Assembly: GCA_951406725.2 (NCBI GenBank)
Contig: OX597823.1
Span: forward strand, 42,408,001-42,472,000
Source of the DNA: Octopus vulgaris
Taxonomy: Eukaryota
Length of the DNA stretch: 64,000 bases
Direction of reading: 5' to 3'
Part shown: piece by piece, positions 38,086 to 50,179 of the stretch
Layout: every line of letters begins with the position of its first letter
Position numbering within the stretch: the first letter of the stretch is position 1
Translations under genes and position numbers: made by a program
The notes under the pieces: model-generated
Database searches by the model: none
What the model saw: only the letters and a program-made list of their open reading frames with translations
Told to the model about the DNA's origin: nothing

Positions 38086-38823
38086 ACCCTCACCCTTCTG
38101 CACTCTCATTCACTCTCACTCACTCTGTCCCTCTGACTGGGGTAACTATGTATCTCTTCTAGAGCAAGACATTTCTTTCTGTTCTTCTGTCATACTCTAA
38201 CCTTCCATCACCTCATATAAAGCCACCTCCTTCAATACCAGTTTCCCCCTTTCAAAGGATCTTTATTTTGAAAGTTACTTTGGTTACCTTGCTGGTGCTG
38301 ATGCCACATAAAATGCATCCAGAACACTCTGTAAAGTGGTTGGTGTTTGGAAGAGCATACAGCAATAAAAACCATGCCAAAGCAGACTACATCGGTGGTG
38401 GGGCCAAGTAAATAGCACCTAAACTGCTCTGAAAAGTGATTGGCATTAAGAACAGCACCCAGACATAAAAATCAAGCCAAAACAGAATTTGACAGAGTTA
38501 GTGCCACGTAAAAAAACACCAAATCCAATTTGTAAAATGATCAGCATTAGGAAGGGTATCCAGTCATAAAAAATGTACCAAAACAGTGTAGATTGATGCT
38601 ATTCTCTGACAATCCATCCAACTCATACAAACATGGAAAGTGGATGTTAAATTATGATGATAATATATATGTTATTTTATTTTAGTCAAGTCAGTCTCTT
38701 TCTACTCTGAGTTTAACTGTAGGTGCACAGGATCTTCAAGTAAGTTATGTCATAGCTTGTCTGAAGATCCTGAATCAACCAAAATAAAATACATTATTAA
38801 TCTCTACTATGACTTTGAGAACT

Positions 38824-38861
<38 letters not shown>

Positions 38862-38912
38862 CACACACACACACACAAAGATATATATATATATATACAC
38901 ACACGCACACAA

Positions 38913-38957
<45 letters not shown>

Positions 38958-39031
38958 AAAAGGGTGAAATACAATTAATTTAATAAAATTAATAAATTTC
39001 ACCTAGTAGTTTTATTGGTATGGAAAAGACC

Positions 39032-39067
<36 letters not shown>

Positions 39068-39069
<2 letters not shown>

Positions 39070-41285
39070 GGGTGCTTAAGCTATTTGTAGACATACCTTT
39101 TTTGGGATCATTGCTGCATTTTTTTGCTGACTCTGTATAATCTTTGGTTCAGAAAATAATAATGGCAGATCTCAGCTTATTCATGAAATGAAGAGGCATG
39201 CTGTTATTGTGGTTATAAAGGCTGAGCATAGCAATTTAGAAATATATCAACTTTTAAAAGTTGCCAGATCTTTTGTCTACAAAGTTTGTAAGGTGTTAGA
39301 GATTGAAGATGGAAATGTATCACAAGTATCAAAGGGTAAAAAACATTCTAAACACTCTGAAACCATCAGAACATCTGAATTTATCTAGCAAGTTCAACAG
39401 ACCACTGATTACAATCCCATAAAGTCCATGAGGTCAATTGCAAAAGATCTCCATGTGTCAGAAGGAATAGTTAGTTAGTTAGTTAGTTAATTTGGCTCAA
39501 AAGCAAATAGCAAGGCCATGTAGGGGGACATGGAGTTAAGTACAGGGTGGTGTTCATGTAAAGAGTTCAGGCCACTTGAGGTCCAGGGAGGCTTTGAACA
39601 AAGCGGTCGTCGGCATCTTCACCATCTCGTCTGGCAGCTTGTTCCACGGATCCGCAACCCGGACGGAGAAAGCTCCTCTCCTTCGATTGAGATGAAATCG
39701 TCGCAGGTAGAGCTTTTCGGAATGACCCCGCAGCCGACGCTCCAGAGCAGGAGTGAAGAACAGCTCTTTCGAGAGGTTACACTTCCCGCTTATGATGTTC
39801 TGGGCGAGAATGAGATCACCACGGCGGCGGCGTTTTTCAAGAGAATAAAGGTCGAGCGTCCTCAGCCTTTCTTCGTAGGACAAATTTTTGAGACCATGAA
39901 CCATGCGGGTAGCCAGCCTCTGGACTCTTTCGAGATGCTGTATGTCTTTGAGGAGATAAGGAGAAGAGGCTTGAATCCCATACTCCAATATGGGTCTCAC
40001 CAGCGTGACATAGAGTGGTAGGAATATGGCTGCTGTGAGCATTCCGAATGACCGTCGAATCAAAAACAGAATTCCGCACGCTTTGTTGGCAGCATGGACG
40101 CACTGGGCCAAAGGCGAAAAGGAGGAATCCACCAAGATACCCAGGTCCTTTACCTGATCGGTCCTCTCCAGCAGCAAACGACCCGGCTCGAAATCAAGTT
40201 GAGTTGCAGGAGTAGAGCCGACAGGCAGATGACAGCACTTTGACACATTCAGACACAGGTCCCAATCGTTAGACCACTTCCAAATTTGGTGGAGGCATCG
40301 ACGAAGATCCTCTATACTACCACGAGGAGTGACCAGTTTGATATCGTCAGCAAATAGAAGGGTGTGTTGCGTGAGGTCGTCGGGCAAGTCATTTATGACT
40401 TGTCAGAGATGTTGACTAGTCAGAGATGTTGTCCACAAAGTCATCAGATATAAGTCTTTTATGATGAGGAAAGGTTAATTTGAGAGAAAAAAACAAAAGA
40501 AAATCACTTCATTAGATCTAAATGGTTCTTAAACAACCTGAAAAATCCAGCGGAAGAAGATTTGATTTGGTTTTTCTCAAACGAGAAAATCTTTGACCAA
40601 GATCAAAAAGTTGACAGAAGATATGACAGATAGTTATGTGCAGACCCTTCTGAAGTTCCAAGTGATATGCATACAAAATTTCCTGCAAATGTCATGGTTT
40701 TAGGGGTTGTCAGCAATGATGGAGATGTGATGTCTCCTTACTTCTTTCTACAAGGCCTTCGACTTAACTTTGCCACTTACATTGAGGTTCTGAAAACAAT
40801 TGTCAAGCCCTGGATAGACAGTGTATGCAATGGAAGGCCATATGTGTTTCAGTAAGACTGCACTATCACATATGGCTCTAGTAACACAGGAGTGGATGGT
40901 TGAAAAGTTTCATGATCTCATAACCCCTAACATTTGGCCTCCTAATTCCCTAGATCTCAATCTATTGGGCTATTACATGTGGAGCATTGTTGAGGGAGAG
41001 GTCAATGAACATGCCCATAACACCAAAGATTCTTTGAAAGTTGCCATAGTCAGTGTAATGTCCAAAATTAACCAGGACCACTTGATTCGAGCCAAGAGAT
41101 GATTTAGATCTCATATAGAAGCAGTTGTTGAAGCTGAAGGTGGCTTTATTGAATAACATTATAGAAAAGAAGATTTATTTTTATTCTCATAGCAGTTTTT
41201 GCTAAATAAAGTTATTATCTGTTATTATATATCTGCTTTCTTTTTTATAAACATAAATCTGTCCTCAAATATCTTACGCACCCTG
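39068..41285 (+). mobile_element. Full-length decayed maT (DD37D) transposon interrupted by a CR1 LINE
   Basis: TIRs CAGGGTGCTTAAGCTATTTGTAGACA / TGTCCTCAAATATCTTACGCACCCTG within TA/CA repeats. Transposase pieces MKRHAVIV..SMRSIAKDLHVS, WFFSNEKIF, KFPANVMVLGVVS, WPPNSLDLNLL, EAEGGFIE*. Confidence 0.92.
39468..40397 (-). mobile_element. 5'-truncated CR1-clade LINE with uninterrupted ORF2 C-terminus and (TAAC)n tail
   Basis: ORF 39554-40387: INDLPD..LLFADDIKL..KCCHL..DLGILVD..LVRPILEY..LERVQRLATR..YEERL..RGDLI..FSVRV..WNKLP. Tail TAGTTAGTTAGTT at 39468-39490. Confidence 0.95.
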
Positions 41286-41339
41286 TATATATATATATAT
41301 ATAAAACAAAAGAGGGGGTGTATTTCCACACAGGAAAAA

Positions 41340-42152
41340 ATATAGGAAAATTTGTTGTTGAAAATGCACCTGAATTTGAAAAGCTTGTAATTATTTTTAA
41401 ATAAATTTATTTACATAAATATAAAACCAATTTCGATAATATTTTCTGTTTATTAATGGTAAAACATTTCAAATTCCAAAGTAGAAAAACATGTTTAAAA
41501 GATTCAATGTTTACATGATTCAAAAATATCAAATATGATTTAAAATTTCACAACATTCAATAATATGTGGATCATCTTGTATAAATGCACAAAATTCAAT
41601 AGTGTTAGAAGTCATCGATAAGAAATGTGAACCACCAAAGTTCGGTCATACTAAGTTAAGAGGGAGAAAAACAAGAAAGAAATGAAGATAGTAAAAAGAG
41701 GATTTTGTTACAGCTTCTGTGATTCTTTTTCTGTCACAAAAATCCCTACACATGACGGAAATAGAATCACAGAAACTGTAACAAAACTCTTTTTTTAGTA
41801 CCTTAATTTCTCTCTTGTTTTTCTCCCTCTTAACTCAGTATGACTGAACCTTTGGTCAACCATATTTCTTATCAATCACTTTTAACACTATTGAATTATG
41901 TGCATTTAAAGAAGATGATTCACATATTTGATATCATTGAATGTTGTGAACATTTAAATCATATTTTATATTATTGAATCATGTAAACATTGATTCGTTT
42001 AAACATGTTTTCTACTTCACAACTTGAAATGCTTACCATTAATAAGCAAAATATATTGTTGATATTAGTTTGGTATGCATGTAAATACATTTATCTAAAA
42101 TAATTTCAAGTTTTTCAAACTCATGCATTTTCAACAAAAAAATATACCTATA
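41340..42152. mobile_element. ~810 bp palindromic foldback/MITE-like element
   Basis: Arms of ~395 bp pair around a centre at ~41747 (e.g. AGTTAAGAGGGAGAAAAACAAGA / TCTTGTTTTTCTCCCTCTTAACT). Ends TATAGG..CCTATA. Confidence 0.9.
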
Positions 42153-42169
42153 TATAGATAAAGGGTAAA

Positions 42170-42497
42170 AATCCCCTTTGGTCATGAATGACCATGGGAT
42201 TGCACCTAGAAAGTTACCCTCTGAAGTCCAGGCAAGGTTGTTTATGGAAGACCAGCAGTCGCCCATGTATATCAGCCTCCACTCTCCATGTCACCAATGT
42301 TATCCAAGAGATAGGCAAACACCAATACAGCTTGGCACCAATGATGTTGCAACTCATTTCTACAGTTGAGTGAACTGGAGCAACATGAAATAAAGTGTCT
42401 TGCTCAAGAACACAACATATGGCCCAATCCGGGAATCAAACTCACTAACTTATGATTGTAAGCCCAACACTCTAATCACTGAGCCATATGTCTTCAC
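42170..42497 (-). mobile_element. tRNA-derived CORE-like SINE
   Basis: Minus strand TGGCTCAGTGATTAGAG..GAGTTTGATTCCC..TGTGTTCTTGAGCAAGACACTT. Confidence 0.75.
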
Positions 42498-42633
42498 AGC
42501 AAATTGGCTGAACTGATTAAGCAATGGATAAAATGTCCTTGATAAACTTAATTATGTCCCTTTATAATCAGAGTTCAAATCTTGCTGAGACCGTCATTAC
42601 ACACACACACACACACACACACATATCTATATG

Positions 42634-42818
42634 CCATGATAGATTGTTAGCCACTAAACACATTTTTTCTCTCCTTGTTTTTTTTGTGTCCCTTTCTGTA
42701 GAAGAGAGTAGGCTCAAAACATAAAAGACTTTTTCTATTCCTGGGCGTTATACTAATACATCTGTTTGTTTTGTACACCACCTGTCTTCGTCTTTTGTTT
42801 TTTTCGTAAACTCTCCCT
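42634..42818 (+). mobile_element. Second copy of the ~200 nt hammerhead-bearing short element
   Basis: Reverse complement of 8311-8510. Motif CTTT-CTGTAGA-AGAGAgtagGCTC-AAA-ACAT-A-AAAG at 42692-42727. Flanked by (CA)n and (TA)n. Confidence 0.7.
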
Positions 42819-43280
42819 ATATATATATATATATATATATATGAGCAGGAATATAGATGAGTACTTGTAGTTATTTGACCGAATGTAGTTACATATATAG
42901 CCATAGAAATTATGGCCAAATCAGAAATTTGAACATGATGCAGTCTTCAGACATGTTGGATTCTGTGAAACAATCCAACTCATGTTAGCATGGACCATGG
43001 ATACTAAATAATGTTGATTATCACACGCACACACACACACATTGTAAATAGATTGTTTCTAATTCTGGCACAATGCCAGCAATTTTGAGGTGTGTTGGGG
43101 TTAATTTATATCATCAACTCCCAGCATTTGACTAGTTCTCTAGATTATTGAACCTGAAAGGATGAAAGGCAAAGTTGAACTCGGAACATGAAAGAAATAA
43201 AAGAAATATTGCATGGCATTTTACCAATGCAAACAATTCTGCCTCTTCGCTACTGAATAATAATAATAATAATAATAATG

Positions 43281-43323
<43 letters not shown>

Positions 43324-44559
43324 GATAAATAAATAAATAACAACATATATGCATAAAAGATAATCACTTCTTAATTATCACACATGCAGTATATCAAACA
43401 TGAAACCTGCACAAAATCTCAAACTCAGAAATATTTTTATAAATATTTGGAAACTTAAAACAAATATTTATGTTAAATTAATTTGCTGAAAGTATTTCCA
43501 ATATCTGAAAAATCACAGCTGAATTAATTTCAAATTATTAATAGGAAGAACAATAAACAATTGCAGAATAAAAACTACGGCAACTGTAGTATTATTCATA
43601 TTTTCCAGCTGAAGTGTACAGATATATCTGAAGGTATTTATACACGAGTCATGTTTTATTTTGAAAGATTACTTAGACAAGAAACAGCAGTGTAAATGAC
43701 CTTTTGTAAGTCCTTCATGACTAGTAGAGGAAAAGAGATCAAGAAATCTCAGCTCATGGGTTGCAGCAGTAAGGATCAGTAAATGGAGATATAAAGATAT
43801 TTTCAGAACAAAGGAACAGGTTTAAATGCTGGAAACAAAGTGGATTCAGATAATGGCAATCAAAAGCAAGAGGCTGGTTTAAGAATAATAAATATTAAAA
43901 AGAACAGCTCAAGGAAAATGTTTTTGGATATTATTAGATTATTTTATATTTGAAAAGTTGAAATGAGAGTGTTTTAACTTTTTTAACATTAGCCCTTCAT
44001 CAGGAATTTAAGTAGAAAGAGGTGGGAAATAGTGGAAGTACACAAAGAAAATGAAAAGAATTAAAAAGAGAGCAGAGAGCAAAGGATGAAAGAGAAAGGT
44101 TGGAAATGAATGAGTAATGTTCTTCGATGGTATTAATAAACTGGGCCATGGATTATGTCAACAAGACATCAAAGGCAGTAAATTGGAGGAGTCATTAAAG
44201 CATAGATAAAAGTGTCTTATACTATTTGTCTTATTCACTGCAGTTTGAGTTCAGTTCCTACCAAGGTCAGATCTAACTTTCTTCCTTTCAGTATTCACGT
44301 AAGTAAAATTCCTATCTTTATCAAGTAGATGGGCAGAATTGTTAGAGCATCTAAATAATGGCTTCATAGAATTTGTTAGAGCTCTTTGCATTTTGAGTTG
44401 TTGGAATTGTAAATTACATCTACATTCCAATTTATACCACCAACTAGTCCTTGGCTATCTTCACTCAATATGATTCACTCTGTTGCAAGTATTTAGGCAA
44501 AGACTGGTTTGAAGACAGCTTCTTTCCTTTCTCCCTTCAGCTAAGAAAAGGAACAAAAG

Positions 44560-44778
44560 AAAGGGACATAGACAATACGTTTTCCCTGACAAAGGGGTGA
44601 GACACAGACACTATGTTTTCCCTGACAGAGAAAAGGGAAATGGACTCTACGTTTTCCCTGACAAAGGAGTAAGACATAGACACTATATTTTTCCTGACAA
44701 AGGAAAGGGACATGGACTCTACGTTTTCCCTGACAAAGGGGTAAGGCATAGACACATGGACACTACGTTTTTCTCCCT
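44560..44778. repeat. 36 bp-unit minisatellite with alternating A/B units
   Basis: About 6 units containing TACGTTTTCCCTGACAAAGG. Confidence 0.9.
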
Positions 44779-45477
44779 ATCTTATAGAGTTAAGAAAAAT
44801 AGGAATGACAAGGTAGTTATGGAAAGTTTTTTTTGCTGTTGTCATAGTGAAAAAAATGATACTGAGAGTATATCAGTTGAGTAAGGATGTTACAAATCAA
44901 AATTATTGGTCAAAGTTTCCTTAGTACATCTATATATACTTCAAATGTGAAAGTGTTGGTATGACTACTTACACAGACATCTCAAGTCACATTCAAACCA
45001 AAGTCATGCAAGTGTTCTTGACAATGATTCTTTCAATCTATTCAGTCACCTTAAAAACAGTAAGGAATAATATGTACAATGCCCTAGACATGAAAAAAAA
45101 TGCAGAGTATTCAACAACTGGAGCATCAGGTCCACCAGGTCTGACCCAAGGCTAAAAAGCAAAATAACAGCACACAAAAACAACAGTTTTTACTGTTGGA
45201 AATTGGAACAATAGAGAGAAGATATTATTGCTTCAGTTCATATGCAATATAGTTGTCAGACAAGCAGTTTCTTTAATTATTCTACAACAACTACAATAAC
45301 CTCTACTAACCTAAAATAACTAGTTGTATACCCTCTCCATCCATGGCTGTGTACCTTCTTTGCAGAGAGCTGTATAACTCCTCTACCTAAATTTCTCTAT
45401 CCATTTACCAAAACTCCAGGCGAAATATATTTCACCTTGATCCATAACCCACAACAATCTTTTATCCTTATCTTCCC

Positions 45478-45836
45478 CTTGTTTCAGTTACTGGGCCATG
45501 TCTTGAAGGGTTTAATCAAATAAAATTAACCCTTGTGCATATTTTAACCCAAGTACTTGGTACTTATTCTATCATTCTCTTTTGCCCAACTGCTAAATTA
45601 CAGGGATGTAAACAAACCAACATCAGTTGTCAAGTGGTGATTTGGAACACACAAAAAGCTCACATACACACACATAGTTGCTTCCACACAGTTTATGTAT
45701 ATCAAATTCACTCCCAAGGCTTTGGTTGGCCCAGGGCTATAACAGAAGGCACTCACCCAAGGTACCATGCAATGGGATTGAACCTGAAACCACAAAATTG
45801 TAAAGCAAGCATCTTGAATACACAACCATGCCTGTG
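45478..45836 (-). mobile_element. Old SINE family B copy
   Basis: Decayed homology to 8989-9360. Confidence 0.7.
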
Positions 45837-45937
45837 CCAAAATATCTGCCAAGCTGCAATTGAATATTTCTCCGCCAAGGCTTGATCTACCAATGTCCTC
45901 GCTGAAACTTATTCATCTCATTCTCATTAGCATAGAA

Positions 45938-46518
45938 CAGGGCTGGCCAAACTGAGGCCCATGGAGTGCATGTGGTCTGCAGACTTATATCTTGTGGCCC
46001 ACTTGATACCTTCTTGAAATGGGCTTATTTAATCCTTTCATTACTGTATTTATTTTAATATGTACTGTATTTCTTTCAATTATTTTAAATATAACAAAGA
46101 ATTTAGAAAATTACTTTGTTATTATTAAGCTAATGTTAGGAACATAAATTGTGAAAAAGGTTTGGTGGAAGATTTTAATTCAAAATTTATGAAAACAAGA
46201 CAATTGTACTACAGGGCCAGTGCCAGTTTCAGCCAAGATTATAACGAACATTTTAAAGATTTTATCAAAAACTAAAGATTGTAATGAAAAGTAAAAAAGA
46301 AAGATACTACCGTTTTCACAATGATAATTAAAAATTTATAAGTGGCAATAAAGCAATTGTCTAGAATTTAATAATTTTAAACAAACGAAAAGTAGGAAAA
46401 ATTCTTGATGCTGTAATTTGATTATTTGACTCTTCGTGCATAAAGTATACAAGCAGCCCTCAAAAACTTTTCTGTTATTAAAGTGGCCTGCAATATAATT
46501 CGAGCTGGCTAAGGCCTG
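45938..46518. mobile_element. Non-autonomous hAT (Charlie-like) element with a nested TTAA-type MITE at ~46029-46250
   Basis: Ends CAGGGCTGGCCAAACT..AGCTGGCTAAGGCCTG. Imperfect 8 bp TSD GCATAGAA/ACCTAGAA. Confidence 0.55.
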
Positions 46519-46765
46519 ACCTAGAATAAGGAGTGGATTGCAAAAGTTGCAGCAATTCTCCTCTACCTCCCCTGATTAACAAATTTTCTTTGGAAATGAA
46601 TACTACAAGTATGGCTAGATGGTTCACAGATTTACTTTGCAACCACATATGTCCACTTTCAGTTTCATTGTGCACTACATTGGGTAAATGTCTTTTACTA
46701 AGAGTAAATTCAACCAGCAAAATGCACAGAATCTCAATGTTTGTTTGTGACATCATACATATGCA

Positions 46766-46810
<45 letters not shown>

Positions 46811-47067
46811 TGGGGAGAGATCATCATCATTTTCATATGCTCAAATGTTTCAGACAGAATTCCTTGAGGCAGATTTTCTGCAACTAGGTGATCTTCTATT
46901 GCCAACCTTCACCTAGCAATGTAAAATTTCCCCATGATCAGACATTTTCATGGGAAATTAGAAATGAATGACATTGCTTGTATGTTGGTGACACTAACAA
47001 TTATCGCATTATATCAAACCAAGGAGACAGCAACACACACACAAACAAACAAACAACAACAGCAGCA

Positions 47068-47525
47068 AGAGCAAGAAGAAGAAGAAGAAGAAGAAGAAGA
47101 AGAAGAAGAAGAAGAAGAAGAAGAAGAAGAAGAAGAAGAAGAAGAAGAAGAAGAAGAAGAAGAAGAAGAAGAAGAAGAAGAAGGAGGAGGAAGAGGAGGA
47201 GGAGGAGGAGGAAGAAGAAGAAGAAGAAGAAGAAGAAGGAGAAGGAGAAGAAGAAGAAGAAGAAGAAGAAGAAGAAGAAGAAGAAGAAGAAGAAGAAGGA
47301 GGAGGAGGAGGAGAAGAAGAAGAAAGAAGGAAGAAGAAGGAGGAGGAGAAGAAGAAGAAGAAGAAGGAGGAGGAGAAGAAGAAGGAGAAGAAGGAGAAGA
47401 AGAAGAAGAAGAAAAAGAAGGTTGAGGAGAAGAAGAAGAAGGAGAAGAAGAAGAAGAAGAAGAAGAAGAAGAAGAAGAAGAAGAAGAAGAAGAAGAAGAA
47501 GAAGAAGAAGAAGAAGAAGAAGAAG
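47068..47525. repeat. ~455 bp (GAA/GGA)n polypurine tract
   Basis: Directly visible; poly-E/R/K ORFs. Confidence 0.97.
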
Positions 47526-48724
47526 CTATTTTTAGTTTCTGTCACCCAAATCTATTCACAAGGTTTTGGTTGGCCTGAAGCTATAAAAGGAATCACCTTT
47601 TAGAGTGCCTGAACTTGAAATCACATGGTTGTAAAGCAAATTTCCTAAACACATGAACAAACCTTCAGATGATATGTGTGTATGCGTGTGTGTATGTGTC
47701 TGTAAGAGAGAGAAAGAGAGAGAGGGAGAGAGAGAGAAAGAGAAAGAGAAAGAGAGGGGGAGAGAGAGAAAGAGGGAGAGAGAGAGGGGGAGACAGAAAG
47801 AGAAAGAGAAAGAGAGAGAGAAATATAGGGGAGAGAAAGAGAGAGAGGGGGAGAGAGAGAGAGAGTGAATGTGTGTGTGTATATTTATATAAGATGTGAG
47901 AAAAGATTTAGCATTGCAGATAAAAATATCGGGGAAAATGACATGAATATGGAAAAATATTAGCTGACATATGAAAGATTAGGAAATGCTTTTATGGCCA
48001 TGTAGTGTACAAAGACTATATCTGTTGCATTAAGTGAAATTTCCTTTGGACCAATTGTAGATAGAAGGATAGTAGGGGAGATCCTGAAAGGTGTAGTTAA
48101 AATCAGACCTTAGAGAATTCAGGAATGATTTAGGTGAAATCACAGTGGAAATAAGACTAGAAGTATGCTTGTTGTACAAATCCTTTCAACTTATTCCCAT
48201 ATAAAAGTAAACAAATGTCAGTGATGTTGATTATTGTATAAGGCTGTGTTTTATTTTTCCCACAGAGAACAGAATCATATCTGCAACAATTCTTTAATGT
48301 ATGACTATTATATAATATTTTGATGTTTATGTTGGTTTGCTTGTAAATGAGGCACACATGCAGCAAAATAATAAAAAGGAACAAAATGACAGCCAATAGA
48401 GGAAAAAAAGTGGGGAGGGGTGCATGTATATGTATGTGTATATATATATATGTGTGTGTGTGTGTATTTGTATGAATGAAGTATAATATTTGTACATTAG
48501 CTCTGTGGTTGGATTAAAGGAGAGGAAATCGTTCATGTAATTAACATTGTATGCGTGAGTTGACATGAGTGCATATATAATATACATACTTATATACATA
48601 AATGTATATATATATGTATATATAACTGATTATTCCAAGATATGTATATAAATATAAATTTCCATGTACATAAACATGTATGTATATGCAAAGACAAATA
48701 TAAACATACCATAATAAAATTATG

Positions 48725-48960
<236 letters not shown>

Positions 48961-49539
48961 TGCATTTGTGCTGTGTTCATACATACATGCACATCTCTCT
49001 AAATGCATCCCTCCAGTTGTTACTACATTATATTACATTTTTTTTTTTATCTTGGCTTCCCATATTAACCTATGCAGAATCACACATACACATTCATATT
49101 TATTTATTTATTTATTGCAATTTGCTACCAACAGCATCAACGTCCATACAACTGATTTCTAATTTTGCAGGGTCTCTCTTATAAACCTAAAACCTCTCTA
49201 TAACTATTTTCTTCCGGATTACTCTCTCCACATTTACACAATTCTAAAGTAACAGAATGTAACAACACTGAGATGGATTATGGGAATTTTTACTTCATTT
49301 TATTTTTGTATTAATTTGTTTTCTATTTTTCATTCATTTTTTTTTTCCCTGTTTGGAAATTTTACATTTTTAACTATTTTATCTTATTTTATTACACATT
49401 TTTCTTTGCTTATTTAATCTCCCAGTTGCCATAAGCAATAAAGTTTCAATTATATCTGAAAAGAAAAAAGCTAATATTTTATTAGTGCTATCAAAAGTTC
49501 ATGTGTCCCAGAAAAGTTCTACTATTTGAGATATTCATC

Positions 49540-50150
49540 GGTGCGTCAGACAAAATGCTTAATAGCATTTCTACCAGTACTTTACATTCTGAGATCAATT
49601 ACCATCAAGGGCAACTTTGGTTTCCAACATTTTGGGTTGGATAAAATAAAGAACCAGTCAAGTACTAGGGTTTATGTACTTGATTTACCCCCCACCCCTT
49701 AAATTAGAAAGCATTATTATTGAGGGTGGTAAGCTGTTAGAATTGTTCATGTATTTGGATAAAATTTTCAGTGGCACTTCTTCGGGCTCTTTATATTCTG
49801 AGCTCAAACTCTACCAAATGCCAGCTTTGCCTTTCCTCTTTATGGTGTTAATAAAGTAAGCCACCTGTTGAGTACTGGGGTCAATATAATCAGATTATCC
49901 CCCCACTCTTAAAATTGCCGGCCTCTTGCTGCGATTATAGAAAAAATTGTATGAGAGAAGTGAGTGAGAGGGCAAGCTGGCAGAATCGTTTGCCCGTCAG
50001 ACAAAATGCTTAGTGGCATTTCTTCCAGCTCTCTACATTCTGAGTTTAAATACCACTGAGTGTAATTTTGCCTCTAATTCTACTGAGAACAATGTAACCA
50101 ACTTGCCTTCTCCCCTCAAAATACCTTGCTATGTGCTAAGATTAAAAAGA
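49540..50150 (+). mobile_element. Cluster of three old family A SINEs
   Basis: Repeated CAAAATGCTTA..GCATTTCT..ATTCTGAG..CTTTG motifs. Confidence 0.7.
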
Positions 50151-50179
50151 ATTGTTTGAAGAGAGAGACACTAATGGCT

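Noticed and set aside
43970-44010. Minus-strand CTGATGAAGGGC possible hammerhead (similar string at ~59620-59640)
   Set aside because: GAAA and the stems cannot be recovered; too decayed to support.
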